Shown: in pieces, positions 47,581-57,000 of the stretch
Layout: every line of letters starts with the position of its first letter
How positions within the stretch are numbered: position 1 is the stretch's first letter
Origin: an uncultured bacterium
GTDB taxonomy: Bacteria; Verrucomicrobiota; Verrucomicrobiia; Verrucomicrobiales; DEV007
Assembly: GCA_963977015.1 (NCBI GenBank)
Contig: CAXBMO010000009.1
Location: 181,270-245,269, forward strand
Direction: 5' to 3'
DNA: 64,000 nucleotides
Made by a program: the position numbers and the translations under genes
The notes under the pieces: generated by a model
Databases searched by the model: none
What the model was told of the DNA's origin: nothing
What the model saw: only the letters and a program-made list of their open reading frames with translations

Positions 47581-48771
47581 CTAGTTTTCCGTCATTTCAA
47601 TGGCCATGGCGACCGCTTCGCCACCGCCGATACAAAGGCTCGCAATACCACGCCTTCCCCCCGTTCGTTTCAATGCGTTGAGCAGCGTCACCAGAATGCG
47701 GGCGCCACTGCAACCGATGGGGTGCCCCAACGCGACGGCTCCGCCATGGATGTTGACCTTTTCCCCGGGAATGCCGAGCTCCTTCATCGCCGCCATCGTC
47801 ACCGCCGCAAAGGCTTCGTTGATCTCAAACAGATCAGTGCCTTCAACCGTCCAGTCCAGCCGATCCATCAACCGCTGAATAGCTCCCACCGGCGCCAACG
47901 TAAACCACTCCGGCTCGCGACTAAAGGTTGCATGACCGACGATCCTGGCAATCGGCCGCAAACGCAGGCTGGCACATTTGGCATCCGAAACCACCACCAA
48001 AGCCGCCGCGCCATCGTTGATGCTGGACGCATTTCCCGCAGTAATGGTGCCGTTCTCACGATCGAATGCCGGGCGCAGTTCGCGAAGGCGATTGGCATCG
48101 AATCGCGCCGGCTCCTCGTCCTCAATCACATCCACCTTCTTCCGGCGAACCATCGTGGTTACGGGGATGATTTCATCGTCGAAAATCCCTTCTTTGACCG
48201 CAACTCGCGCCCGGTTGTAGCTACGCTCGGCAAAGTCGTCCTGCTCGGCGCGGGTGAAGCCCAATTCCTTGGCGCAGAGATCGCCAAACGTGCCCATGTG
48301 CTGATCGCCGTAGATGTCCCACAGACCGTCGTGAATCATGGAATCGACCAACCTACCATGCCCCATCCGATAGCCTTCCCGGGCTTTGGGCAACAGGTAG
48401 GGTGCCTTGGTCATGCTTTCCATGCCACCGGCAACGACCAGGTTCGAATCTCCCAGGCGAATGGATTGATGAGCCAGCATCACAGCCTTGAGCCCGGAAC
48501 CGCAAACCTTATTGACCGTGGTAGCTCCCACCGACGAAGGAATCCCTGCGTAAATCGCCGCCTGGCGCGCCGGGTTCTGCCCCACACCAGCCGAAAGCAC
48601 GTTGCCCATAATGACCTCATCAAGATCTTCCGGATCGACCCCGGTTTGAGCCAGCACCCCCTTGATGCAGGTGGCGCCGAGATGAGGGGCCGTAACCGAG
48701 GCCAGCGTTCCTCCAAGGGAACCAAGCGGAGTCCGGAGGCCTGCCGCGATGAACACTTCTCGATCTTCCAT
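47581..48771 (-). CDS. phaA: Acetyl-CoA acetyltransferase (biosynthetic thiolase)
   Basis: NKVCGSG, AGGMESM, TAGNASSINDGAAA, NEAF, GHPIG, SLCIGGG. Confidence 0.93.
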   Translation of the reverse strand: MEDREVFIAAGLRTPLGSLGGTLASVTAPHLGATCIKGVLAQTGVDPEDLDEVIMGNVLSAGVGQNPARQAAIYAGIPSSVGATTVNKVCGSGLKAVMLAHQSIRLGDSNLVVAGGMESMTKAPYLLPKAREGYRMGHGRLVDSMIHDGLWDIYGDQHMGTFGDLCAKELGFTRAEQDDFAERSYNRARVAVKEGIFDDEIIPVTTMVRRKKVDVIEDEEPARFDANRLRELRPAFDRENGTITAGNASSINDGAAALVVVSDAKCASLRLRPIARIVGHATFSREPEWFTLAPVGAIQRLMDRLDWTVEGTDLFEINEAFAAVTMAAMKELGIPGEKVNIHGGAVALGHPIGCSGARILVTLLNALKRTGGRRGIASLCIGGGEAVAMAIEMTEN

Positions 48772-48836
48772 GCTGCTAATTGTTGTCGATTGTTGAACTC
48801 AAAACTTCATCCTCTCCTTCCACTGGAAGTGTTGGG

Positions 48837-49310
48837 TTAGGCTGAAGCGGACGGCCCCCACTTTGAGGCCATCTCCACCCACGTTTTGACGGCGGTTTGA
48901 TATTCCTCCAACTGTGCTTCGGAACTTTGCTGAACGGCGTCCAGCGTGGTTCGGCATAACTCTTGGGCCTTGGTGCCAAATTCCTCGGGACTGGTTGATT
49001 GCGCCAACCCCATTGCACCCTCCATCGCTTCGACGGCGCTCTGCACCTGGACATCGATCACTTCACGACGCTTTGCCAGCATGTCCTCCATCGTTTCCTG
49101 CCATTCATTCTGCGCGCTCGTCACTTTCTTGGACCAAGCGTTTTCAGAGCCGTTCTGGCTTACCGTGGACCACTTCTCGCTCCACATGCGAAAAAATTCC
49201 TGCTGCATCTCCACATTCGCTTCCGTGGCTTTGCGGATGGATTCGAAGGCATCGTCGAAGACCTTCTTGGTTTGCGCTCTTTCTTTCGAGCCTGTTGTTT
49301 TGGTAGTCAT
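48837..49310 (-). CDS. Putative phasin / granule-associated protein
   Basis: Amphipathic helical 157-aa protein heading the pha operon and divergent from phaR; call rests on context. Confidence 0.6.
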   Translation of the reverse strand: MTTKTTGSKERAQTKKVFDDAFESIRKATEANVEMQQEFFRMWSEKWSTVSQNGSENAWSKKVTSAQNEWQETMEDMLAKRREVIDVQVQSAVEAMEGAMGLAQSTSPEEFGTKAQELCRTTLDAVQQSSEAQLEEYQTAVKTWVEMASKWGPSASA

Positions 49311-49440
49311 GGCTTTTGTGCTGAGTTTCCTGGTTAATGGTCCGGTTGTTGGTTGATCAATCATCAAAGGCTGAACCGGCGCAGCACTTTCAACAATTGA
49401 TACAGATTGTTACTCGCCCCTGGTTCCGTCAAGATTAAAA

Positions 49441-49539
49441 TGCTGCAATTGCGAAACTTTGTAACGTAACAAATGGTGATTCATGGCGTGTTTTTCAGTC
49501 AACATCTTCAATTCACCCCTCAAAATTGCTGCAATTGCG
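49441..49539. promoter_or_regulatory. Two identical 13-bp motifs, candidate PhaR operators
   Basis: TGCTGCAATTGCG at 49441-49453 and 49527-49539 in the divergent phasin/phaR region; resembles TGC-rich PhaR boxes. Confidence 0.65.
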
Positions 49540-49582
49540 TTATCTGTTTGCAATTCCGGAATTTCGGAAGCTTCGTAGGCAA

Positions 49583-50110
49583 ATGGCCTCCACCGAAACC
49601 GTTCAGATCAAACGATATCCAAATCGGCGCTTTTACGCTCGCGACTCCAAAAACGCCCGTGGCACCAAGTCTTATGTATCGCTGGGCCAGATCGAGGAGT
49701 TGATCTGTGGCGGCAAAACCGTGGAAATCACCGACAGCCAAAGCGGGAAGGACATTACACGCTCGGTCCTGACCCAGATCATCCTGGAGCGACAACCCGA
49801 CAAGATGGCGCTCTTCCCGACAGCGATGCTGCACTCGATCCTGCAGGCCAACGACGCAGCGAGCAGCTTCTTTCGCGAGTATTTTCAGAACTGTCTGCAC
49901 TATCTTGATCATCTGAATGTCACTCCCAAGCACATGCCCAACCAAACTCAGCCCATGCAATGGATGGAATCATGGTTCAAGGGCATGATGCCGGACGGGA
50001 AGGCAGCCGAGCCGCCCAAGTCCTCTCCGCATCCAACCGAGGACCTGGCCAGGCGGCTGGAGGAAATGGAAATCCGCCTGCGGGAATTGGAAAAAACGGA
50101 TGAGGAGTGA
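49583..50110 (+). CDS. phaR: PHA synthesis regulator PhaR
   Basis: IKRYPNRRFY, SYVSL, GKDITRSVLTQIILE; ATG 49583. Confidence 0.9.
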   Translation: MASTETVQIKRYPNRRFYARDSKNARGTKSYVSLGQIEELICGGKTVEITDSQSGKDITRSVLTQIILERQPDKMALFPTAMLHSILQANDAASSFFREYFQNCLHYLDHLNVTPKHMPNQTQPMQWMESWFKGMMPDGKAAEPPKSSPHPTEDLARRLEEMEIRLRELEKTDEE

Positions 50111-50126
50111 GGATTCCATTTCGCCA

Positions 50127-50429
50127 TTAACCATCGGCCTCTCCGTGCTGATACCAACCCAGCCAAGCGGCGAGCCAGTCGTTGTTATGAAGCTGTCCGC
50201 TTGAAGGGGCGAATGTCGCCAGCGGATGAGGCGGCCCAGGATTGAGCTCGAAGTCGACCCCGCCAACTTCATCCGCGAAATCCCAATCCGCCCAACTGGA
50301 TAACCAGCCGGTATAGCTCTCCACCACAGGAGGCGACTCCTTTGAAAAGGTCAAATTCGGCCCCCGAACCTGACGCGGCGCATTGGCCGCAGTAGAGGCC
50401 CCAGCAAGTATGCTTGTCTTGTTATTCAT
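50127..50429 (-). CDS. Hypothetical small Trp-rich protein
   Basis: ATG-started 100-aa ORF filling the gap, co-oriented 25 bp downstream of the OB-fold gene. Confidence 0.45.
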   Translation of the reverse strand: MNNKTSILAGASTAANAPRQVRGPNLTFSKESPPVVESYTGWLSSWADWDFADEVGGVDFELNPGPPHPLATFAPSSGQLHNNDWLAAWLGWYQHGEADG

Positions 50430-50454
50430 GATCGTTGTCTTTGAAATTCAAGAG

Positions 50455-50808
50455 TCAGTCGGCGGACAACACGGCAGAACCAGTTTCACGGCGAACCGGA
50501 ACCCCATTTTCAGGACTGTTTTCCGCCACGGCTTTTCCGACCAATTCGAACCGGATTTCCTCGTTGAAGATGTCCTCGTCGTCAGGGCAGAGCATTCGGA
50601 CTCCGGAGCCGATTTCCACGTCCTGGCGCCGCACGCCATCCAATGTCCCCATCACCAAAGGCCCACCCTCCAACTTCACCAATACCAGCATGGACGGCAG
50701 GGCAGAATCGCCGAATTCAGCGGGCGGAAAGGTGAATGAAAATACCTGACCTGTCGGAATTCCGGCAAGAGCGAGTAGGTTCTGAAAGGGGAGTGTGTGC
50801 ATATTCAT
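50455..50808 (-). CDS. DUF35-like OB-fold protein lacking the zinc ribbon
   Basis: GQVFSFT...F...P..LVLVKLEGGPLVMGTL...VEIGSGV; follows a thiolase; no CxxC pairs; start uncertain. Confidence 0.6.
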   Translation of the reverse strand: MNMHTLPFQNLLALAGIPTGQVFSFTFPPAEFGDSALPSMLVLVKLEGGPLVMGTLDGVRRQDVEIGSGVRMLCPDDEDIFNEEIRFELVGKAVAENSPENGVPVRRETGSAVLSAD

Positions 50809-50896
50809 ATCTTGTTGTTCTAGTTGAGAGATTGGTTGATTAAGATTCGAGCTTGAGACGGCAGGGCGACCAGCTTCCATCATCTTGGAGACATCC

Positions 50897-52039
50897 TCAG
50901 CCGCGTTCCAGAACGTGCGTCACCACAGTCGCCGCAGTTCCTCCGAAACTCTGCGTCAAGGCGACAGATGGTGAATCCAGTTGGTTCGGACCAGCCTCGC
51001 CACGCAGCTGCTGCACAGCCTCCACCACCTGGTAAGCGCCGGTTGCACCAACCGGATGCCCCCGCGCCTTCAACCCGCCCGCCGTGCAAAGCGGCAAGCC
51101 ACCTTTCAGGTGAATGCCCACCTCACGCGCAAACTCCGTGCCGCGCCCTCGCTCAGCAAACCCACACGCCTCCAAGCTCAGCACCGTCATGATCGTAAAG
51201 GCATCGTGGGGCTCGAAAAAATCGATCTCATTCAATTCACGATTGGCCTGACGCAGGGCGTCCCGACAGGACTCCTCTGCCGCCCTGAGCCAAAGAGGGT
51301 CCCCGCGCTCCTGCAGACTCAAGGTATCACTAACACTGACACTGCCGCGAATGTGCACCGCGTTTTTGCGTCGGCTTCGTTTGCTAACAACCACCGCAGC
51401 GGCACCGTCACCGGTGGGGCAACAATCGAAAAGCGCAATGGGGTCGGAAACCATGCGGCAGTTTAAGTATATCTGCGGAGTCACCCGTTCCCGCAAACGA
51501 GCGTTGGGATTGGCCAACGCGTTTTCATGTGCGACTTCGGCAAACTTCGCAAAATCATGCCTCTCAAGATGGTATTGATGGAGGTAACGCTGCATGAGCA
51601 GAGCGTTAAGCCCAACAAACGATGCATGATTCTTCACCTCGCGCTCGTAATCGGCCGCACTCGCCAACAAACGGGTAATCTGAGAACGGCCCGTGCCGGT
51701 CATCTTTTCCACCCCCACCGCGATCACGGTATCATGCTCTCCAGAAGCCACTGCCAAGTACGCCTGGCGGATCGCCGCGGCACCACTGGCGCAGGCTGCA
51801 TTCACCATCACACTCTCGCAACCACCGTCTCCCAGCTCCGCAGCAACCAACGGCCCGAGATGCGATTGCCCGGTGATTTCGCTCGCCATCATATTCCCAA
51901 CAAAGACCGCGTCCACCGCATCGACCCGGGCGTCCACCATGGCCCGGCGACAAGCTTCAACCGCCATGGCACCTACAGAAGCCGTTTCACGTTTAGCGAC
52001 AGGGATCTGCCCGATTCCCAATATAGATACGTTACGCAT
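50897..52039 (-). CDS. SCP2/archaeal-type thiolase family protein
   Basis: AACASG, GVEKM, DCCPTGDGAAA, EPHDAF, GGLKARGHPVGATG. Confidence 0.88.
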   Translation of the reverse strand: MRNVSILGIGQIPVAKRETASVGAMAVEACRRAMVDARVDAVDAVFVGNMMASEITGQSHLGPLVAAELGDGGCESVMVNAACASGAAAIRQAYLAVASGEHDTVIAVGVEKMTGTGRSQITRLLASAADYEREVKNHASFVGLNALLMQRYLHQYHLERHDFAKFAEVAHENALANPNARLRERVTPQIYLNCRMVSDPIALFDCCPTGDGAAAVVVSKRSRRKNAVHIRGSVSVSDTLSLQERGDPLWLRAAEESCRDALRQANRELNEIDFFEPHDAFTIMTVLSLEACGFAERGRGTEFAREVGIHLKGGLPLCTAGGLKARGHPVGATGAYQVVEAVQQLRGEAGPNQLDSPSVALTQSFGGTAATVVTHVLERG

Positions 52040-52419
52040 TCAGGTATCTTTGTTAGTGTTTCCTAGTTCCTGGTTACAGTGCCAATCGTAACCTCCTTCC
52101 ATCTCCCCTCAATGCGGTGTTCAGCATACTACCGCGTTAATGAACCCTCCATGTCCCGCGTACGTACTTTGCGTACTTGAACTTACACTTTCCGACCATG
52201 ACTGCCCCGAGGCCGGCATCCGCGCCTACAGCAACTTTCGCCGCCGACGCTCAAGTTCCCGGAAACAGCAAGGGACTCGCATTCGCCCTCAACGATCCGT
52301 AATCCAGCACCGCTCCAACCATCAAACCAATCCCTCTCCCCGACGAAGGAACTTGGCCAACTGCGTACCGCGCGAATCAGCCCCACAACAGGCCTTCAAC
52401 TCCCCTTCCGGAAAAGACT

Positions 52420-53091
52420 CTAGCCCAAACCGTACCAGCGCGTAAAACTATCCACCTCTTCCCGCTCCGTCCGGTAGCGGTTTACCGGGTCATCCCGATC
52501 AGGATACCCCATTGCAATTCCGCAAACCACTTTCAGCGAATCTGGCAGATCCAAGATCTCCCTGACAATATCCGGATATTCCGCCATCGCCGCTTGAGGG
52601 CAAGTTTCAAGCCCGAAGGCACGGGCTGCCAGCATGACGTTCTGAATGAACATCCCCATATCCACCCAGGAACCTTGTTCCAAATCTTCATCAATCAGGA
52701 TGAACAATTCAACCGGCGCCCCAAATCCTTGATAATTCTTGACCCATTGCTCCCTCCTGCGTTCCCGGTCAGAGCGCTCAATGCCCAAAGCACCATAGAG
52801 GGCCATCCCACAGGCAACGCGACGTGAGCGGTAGGGCTCAGCAACCTTGTCGGGATAATACTTGTAATCCGCCCTTGAATCTTCCCCTTCGCTGAAGGCG
52901 CTGACAATGCGGTCGCAAATTTGATTTTTCACCTCTCCTGCCGCCACGGCCACCCGCCAGGGTTGCGTGTTGGTTCCTGAAGGGGCCCAACGGGCTGCTT
53001 CCAACACCGAGCAAATCGCCTCCTTTGATACCGGCTTGTCCAGGAACGCACGCGTTGACGCACGCCCCCTGATTCCGTCCAATAAATCCAT
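52420..53091 (-). CDS. Nitroreductase family protein
   Basis: RASTRAF, WAPSGTNTQPW, FGAPV, QNVMLAARAFGLETCPQ, MGYPD. Confidence 0.9.
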   Translation of the reverse strand: MDLLDGIRGRASTRAFLDKPVSKEAICSVLEAARWAPSGTNTQPWRVAVAAGEVKNQICDRIVSAFSEGEDSRADYKYYPDKVAEPYRSRRVACGMALYGALGIERSDRERRREQWVKNYQGFGAPVELFILIDEDLEQGSWVDMGMFIQNVMLAARAFGLETCPQAAMAEYPDIVREILDLPDSLKVVCGIAMGYPDRDDPVNRYRTEREEVDSFTRWYGLG

Positions 53092-53220
53092 GACGAAAGG
53101 CTAATTCAGCAGGCCTTAATGAAAAGCCGATTTTACTTTCGGAACGCCGCCGCTCAACCCTCCTCATCTCCCGCCCCCTTCAATTGAAACCACCATAAAA
53201 CCCACACCCAGAAACACGCC

Positions 53221-53300
53221 CTAAATTAAATTTTTCACAAAAATGACTTTTTGAATTGAGAATTTTCTGATTCAGTATAATTGACCATAAATTTCAAATA
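53221..53300 (+). promoter_or_regulatory. AT-rich candidate promoter
   Basis: Perfect TATAAT at 53276-53281 in a very AT-rich tract upstream of 53327; no clean -35 element. Confidence 0.35.
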
Positions 53301-53326
53301 GTTCTTAACCTGAACCTAGGGACATT

Positions 53327-53977
53327 ATGGCAATTAAGAAATCAGGCTCCGTGAGTACGGGGAAGCAGGAGCAAACACCTTTTTGGGGGCTACAATCCAC
53401 ATTTTCAAGAATTGGGATTGCTAAACTTATGAAACTTTCAATGGCAGCGATGATTCTTCTCGCCATTGGGCTCGCAGCTCTTTTCAACAGCGGACCCAAC
53501 GAAGAGCCCCCCACCCCGCTTTCCAGCGAAGTTGTCAGCACACCTGCAACAACGGATACCCGCCCCGTTTCAGTCAATCCCGCCGCGAGAACTTTGGAGG
53601 AGGTTCAACCAACCACTTCAAAGCAACAGAACCTCGACCCAGAGCATCCATCACTCATTGCAAAGCAAATTATCGTCACACTCGTTCGGAACACTGAGCG
53701 AGACGAAGAATGGGGAACCAGAATCGCGAAAGTTGAAATCGCCCCGCTAATCAACCAGCTCTACCTGGCTCGTAAGAAGGGCTTCAAACCAAACCTCGCC
53801 ACTTACAAAACCGACGCCTATCCGCCGGATGACATGGAATTGCTAAACGAACTGCAACAAAGCATCCAAAAGAGGCCGGATCTCAACCTCCTCGTCGAAG
53901 GCATGCTCCGGCAATACGGATTGATGCACTGCGAAACCTTGGATGCAGCTCTCCGAAGCTGGCTGATCCCCAGCTAA
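53327..53977 (+). CDS. Hypothetical membrane-anchored protein
   Basis: Single hydrophobic segment, Pro/Thr linker, helical domain; ends 23 bp before the next gene; start uncertain. Confidence 0.6.
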   Translation: MAIKKSGSVSTGKQEQTPFWGLQSTFSRIGIAKLMKLSMAAMILLAIGLAALFNSGPNEEPPTPLSSEVVSTPATTDTRPVSVNPAARTLEEVQPTTSKQQNLDPEHPSLIAKQIIVTLVRNTERDEEWGTRIAKVEIAPLINQLYLARKKGFKPNLATYKTDAYPPDDMELLNELQQSIQKRPDLNLLVEGMLRQYGLMHCETLDAALRSWLIPS

Positions 53978-54000
53978 CAATCAACTTTCCGACTAGAACC

Positions 54001-57000
54001 ATGAAGCATTTCTTCCACCTTGCCTGCGCAATAGGCCTATTGCTTTCTGTGCATGCACAAACCTACACCCATCATCCTGCGACCGCAGAAGGGATGGGTA
54101 CAGCTGGAGCAATCGGTGCATATCTCAATGGGACTCTGCCTTACAACCCTCCATCCAATTCGGGCTCTTCGAGCGGGCCGTCATGGGTTTTGGAGGATGC
54201 ATTTCCGGCACTCAATGGCTTCTGGAAACCACTTGACGCTCACCTTGTCCCGAACAGCAGTCCACCACAGATCGCAGTTCGGGAACGGCTCGGGAAAGTC
54301 TACATCATCGAAGATGATCCAACCTCGACCTCGAAGGTCCAACTCTTGGACATCAAGAATTTGATCGACAACAACCACAACGGGGGACTTCGCGGCTTTG
54401 CCTTCCACCCGGAGTACAACGATCCAAACTCGCCAAACAAGGATTACTTTTACACATGGTATTCGACCAATATTAACGGAACTCTTTACCTCCAGCTTTC
54501 CCGATTTACGCGCGACCCAAATACAGGATCGGCCCCCCTGAGTTCTGAATTGGTCATGATTCGGATGAAGGAACTCGCCCCTCTCGACCATATTGGCGGC
54601 GGGATGATCTTTGATAATGACGGGTTTCTTTTGCTGGGCATCGGAGATCTGGAGTACACTGATGAGGAGTTCCTGGACACGCTTCGTATCGACAGGATGT
54701 TCCAAAGCTGCATCCTGAGGATTGATGTTGACCAAGACAGCTCGAAGAGCTTTCCACCCACCCGAACCCTTCAGGGAGGCATCGTCAATGGGATTCAAAC
54801 CACCCAAAGCCATACAACAGGACGATACGCAGACGCGCTCAATCTATCTGGAGTTGGTTACTTCATTCCGAATGACAACCCCTTTGTCTCAGAGCCAGAC
54901 GCCTTGGCTGAGCACGTAGCAGTAGGAGTCCGAAATCCGTGGCGGTTCTCAAAAGATTCGGTTGATGGAGACATTGTCTTTTTCGATGTCGGCTCCAACA
55001 GCAGCCCTGTGTATGAGGAAATCAACCTCTATGCCAAAGGAGCTGACTTCGGCTGGCCCTATTGGGAGGGGGAAGTTTCAAAAACTTACGAAACAGGGAT
55101 TGCTGCTCCAACAAACCCCTTGGGCCCCTTCACGACAGACATCTGGAGCTATGCACATGTTGACGGAAACGGGAACTGCATCGGAGATGGTGTCATCTAC
55201 CGAGGCAACTCCCTTCCCGGCCTCAACTCCAAGGTTGTCTATAACGACTACAACTCTGGCCGAATCTGGGCTCTCGACTACAAAGGTGGTGGGGCACCAC
55301 AAAACGAGCTACTCCTCGATTTGGATGGAGGTGTTACGGGAATGCTCATTAGTTCGGATGGCGAATCCATCTATCTGATCAGCCATACAAACCACCGGAT
55401 CTCCAAACTTACATTAGCGAACACCAACGTCCCTGAGCCCCCAACCCTGCTCTCTGAAACAGGGGCGTTTTCAGATCTGGCAACCTTAACTCCAACTACT
55501 GGATTTCTTCCTTATCAACCAGCAGCCCCACTTTGGAGTGATGCGGTTTCCAAATATCGGTGGGTCGCAATCCCCAATGATGGAACGCACGATTCAGCCA
55601 GCGAGAAAATTGTATTTTCCGAAGAAGATGTGTGGGATTTTCCAATTGGCACCGTCTTTCTCAAGCATTTCGAACTTGCGGATGATAAGCAGAACCCTTC
55701 GTCGCGAATCCGATTAGAAACTCGCTTCCTCGTCCGGGGAGCAGATGATTGGTATGCCGTGACCTACAAGTGGAACGAAGAAGGCACGGACGCCGTTCTC
55801 CAGACCGATGGCTCCACTGTAACAGTTCCAGTCACCCAGCTAGACGGAACAACGGCAGATCAGACCTGGGAATTCCCCAGCCGCGCAAGCTGCATGGATT
55901 GCCACCAACCTGCAGCAGGCTTTGCCCTGGGCATGAATACGCGTCAGTTAAACTGGGATTTGGCCTACCTCGCAGCAGGCGTCCAGAATCAAGTCGGCTA
56001 CCTTAACTCACTGGACATCTTCCATACTGATTTGGACCCGAACGACTTTCCAACCTATCTAACGTCAAACAATCTTTCAGATTCCAGCGCCAGTGTCGAA
56101 CAACGTGTCCGGTCCTTTATAGACTCGAACTGCTCCAACTGCCACCGTCCGGGCGGCGTCGCCGGAAGGGCCGCATTTGACGCTCGACTAACCACCCCCA
56201 TCGGGCTTGCCGGGATCATCAACGCTAACGCGAACGCCGGAACGTTCGGTTTGACCGATCCAAAACTCATTAAGCCTGGAGATATCCAGAACTCCATTTT
56301 TCACTACAGGGACGGAAACAGAACTGATCCTTCCGCGCAAATGCCACCAATTGGTACCACCATCGCACACGAGGGCTACATCACACTCCTCGAACAGTGG
56401 ATTACCGAAATCCCCACGACTTTGGATAGTGATGGCGACGGTGTTCAGGACACGCTCGACGACTTCCCCTTCGACCCCACCGAAACTACAGATACGGATA
56501 GTGATGGCGTGGGTGATAATGCAGACGCTTTCCCGAACGACCCAACCGAAACGGTTGATACCGACGGTGATGGTATCGGCGACAACTCCGACTCCTATCC
56601 AAACGACCCAACGAATAACGGGACTACGGGCGGATACCTCTTTTTGAGAGCCATCAACTCCGGTGGCGACAACGAAGATAATTTCGATGCTGACACTGAC
56701 TTTGTGGGTGGCGGCACCTACAAGAAGGGGAAGGCGGACATCACAGGGAATGGCGACATCCCTGCAGACGTCTACCGGCATGAGCGAGACGGCGACTTCA
56801 TCTACACACTTGCAGGTCTAGCCCCTAATGAACCCCACTTGGTACAGTTGCACTTTGCGGAGATCTACTTCAGCGAGTCCGGAAAACGCGTGTTCGATGT
56901 GCTCATCAATGGCACTCTAGTCCTCGACGGCTACGACGTCTTTTCAGTGACGGGAGCAAAGAATGCAGTCGTTGTAGAATCCTTCAACACCGTCGCCGAT

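Noticed and set aside
52040-52419. Riboswitch or ncRNA upstream of the thiolase
   Set aside because: Only an imperfect hairpin near 52111-52138 was seen, with no consensus of a known family; an Rfam scan would settle it.
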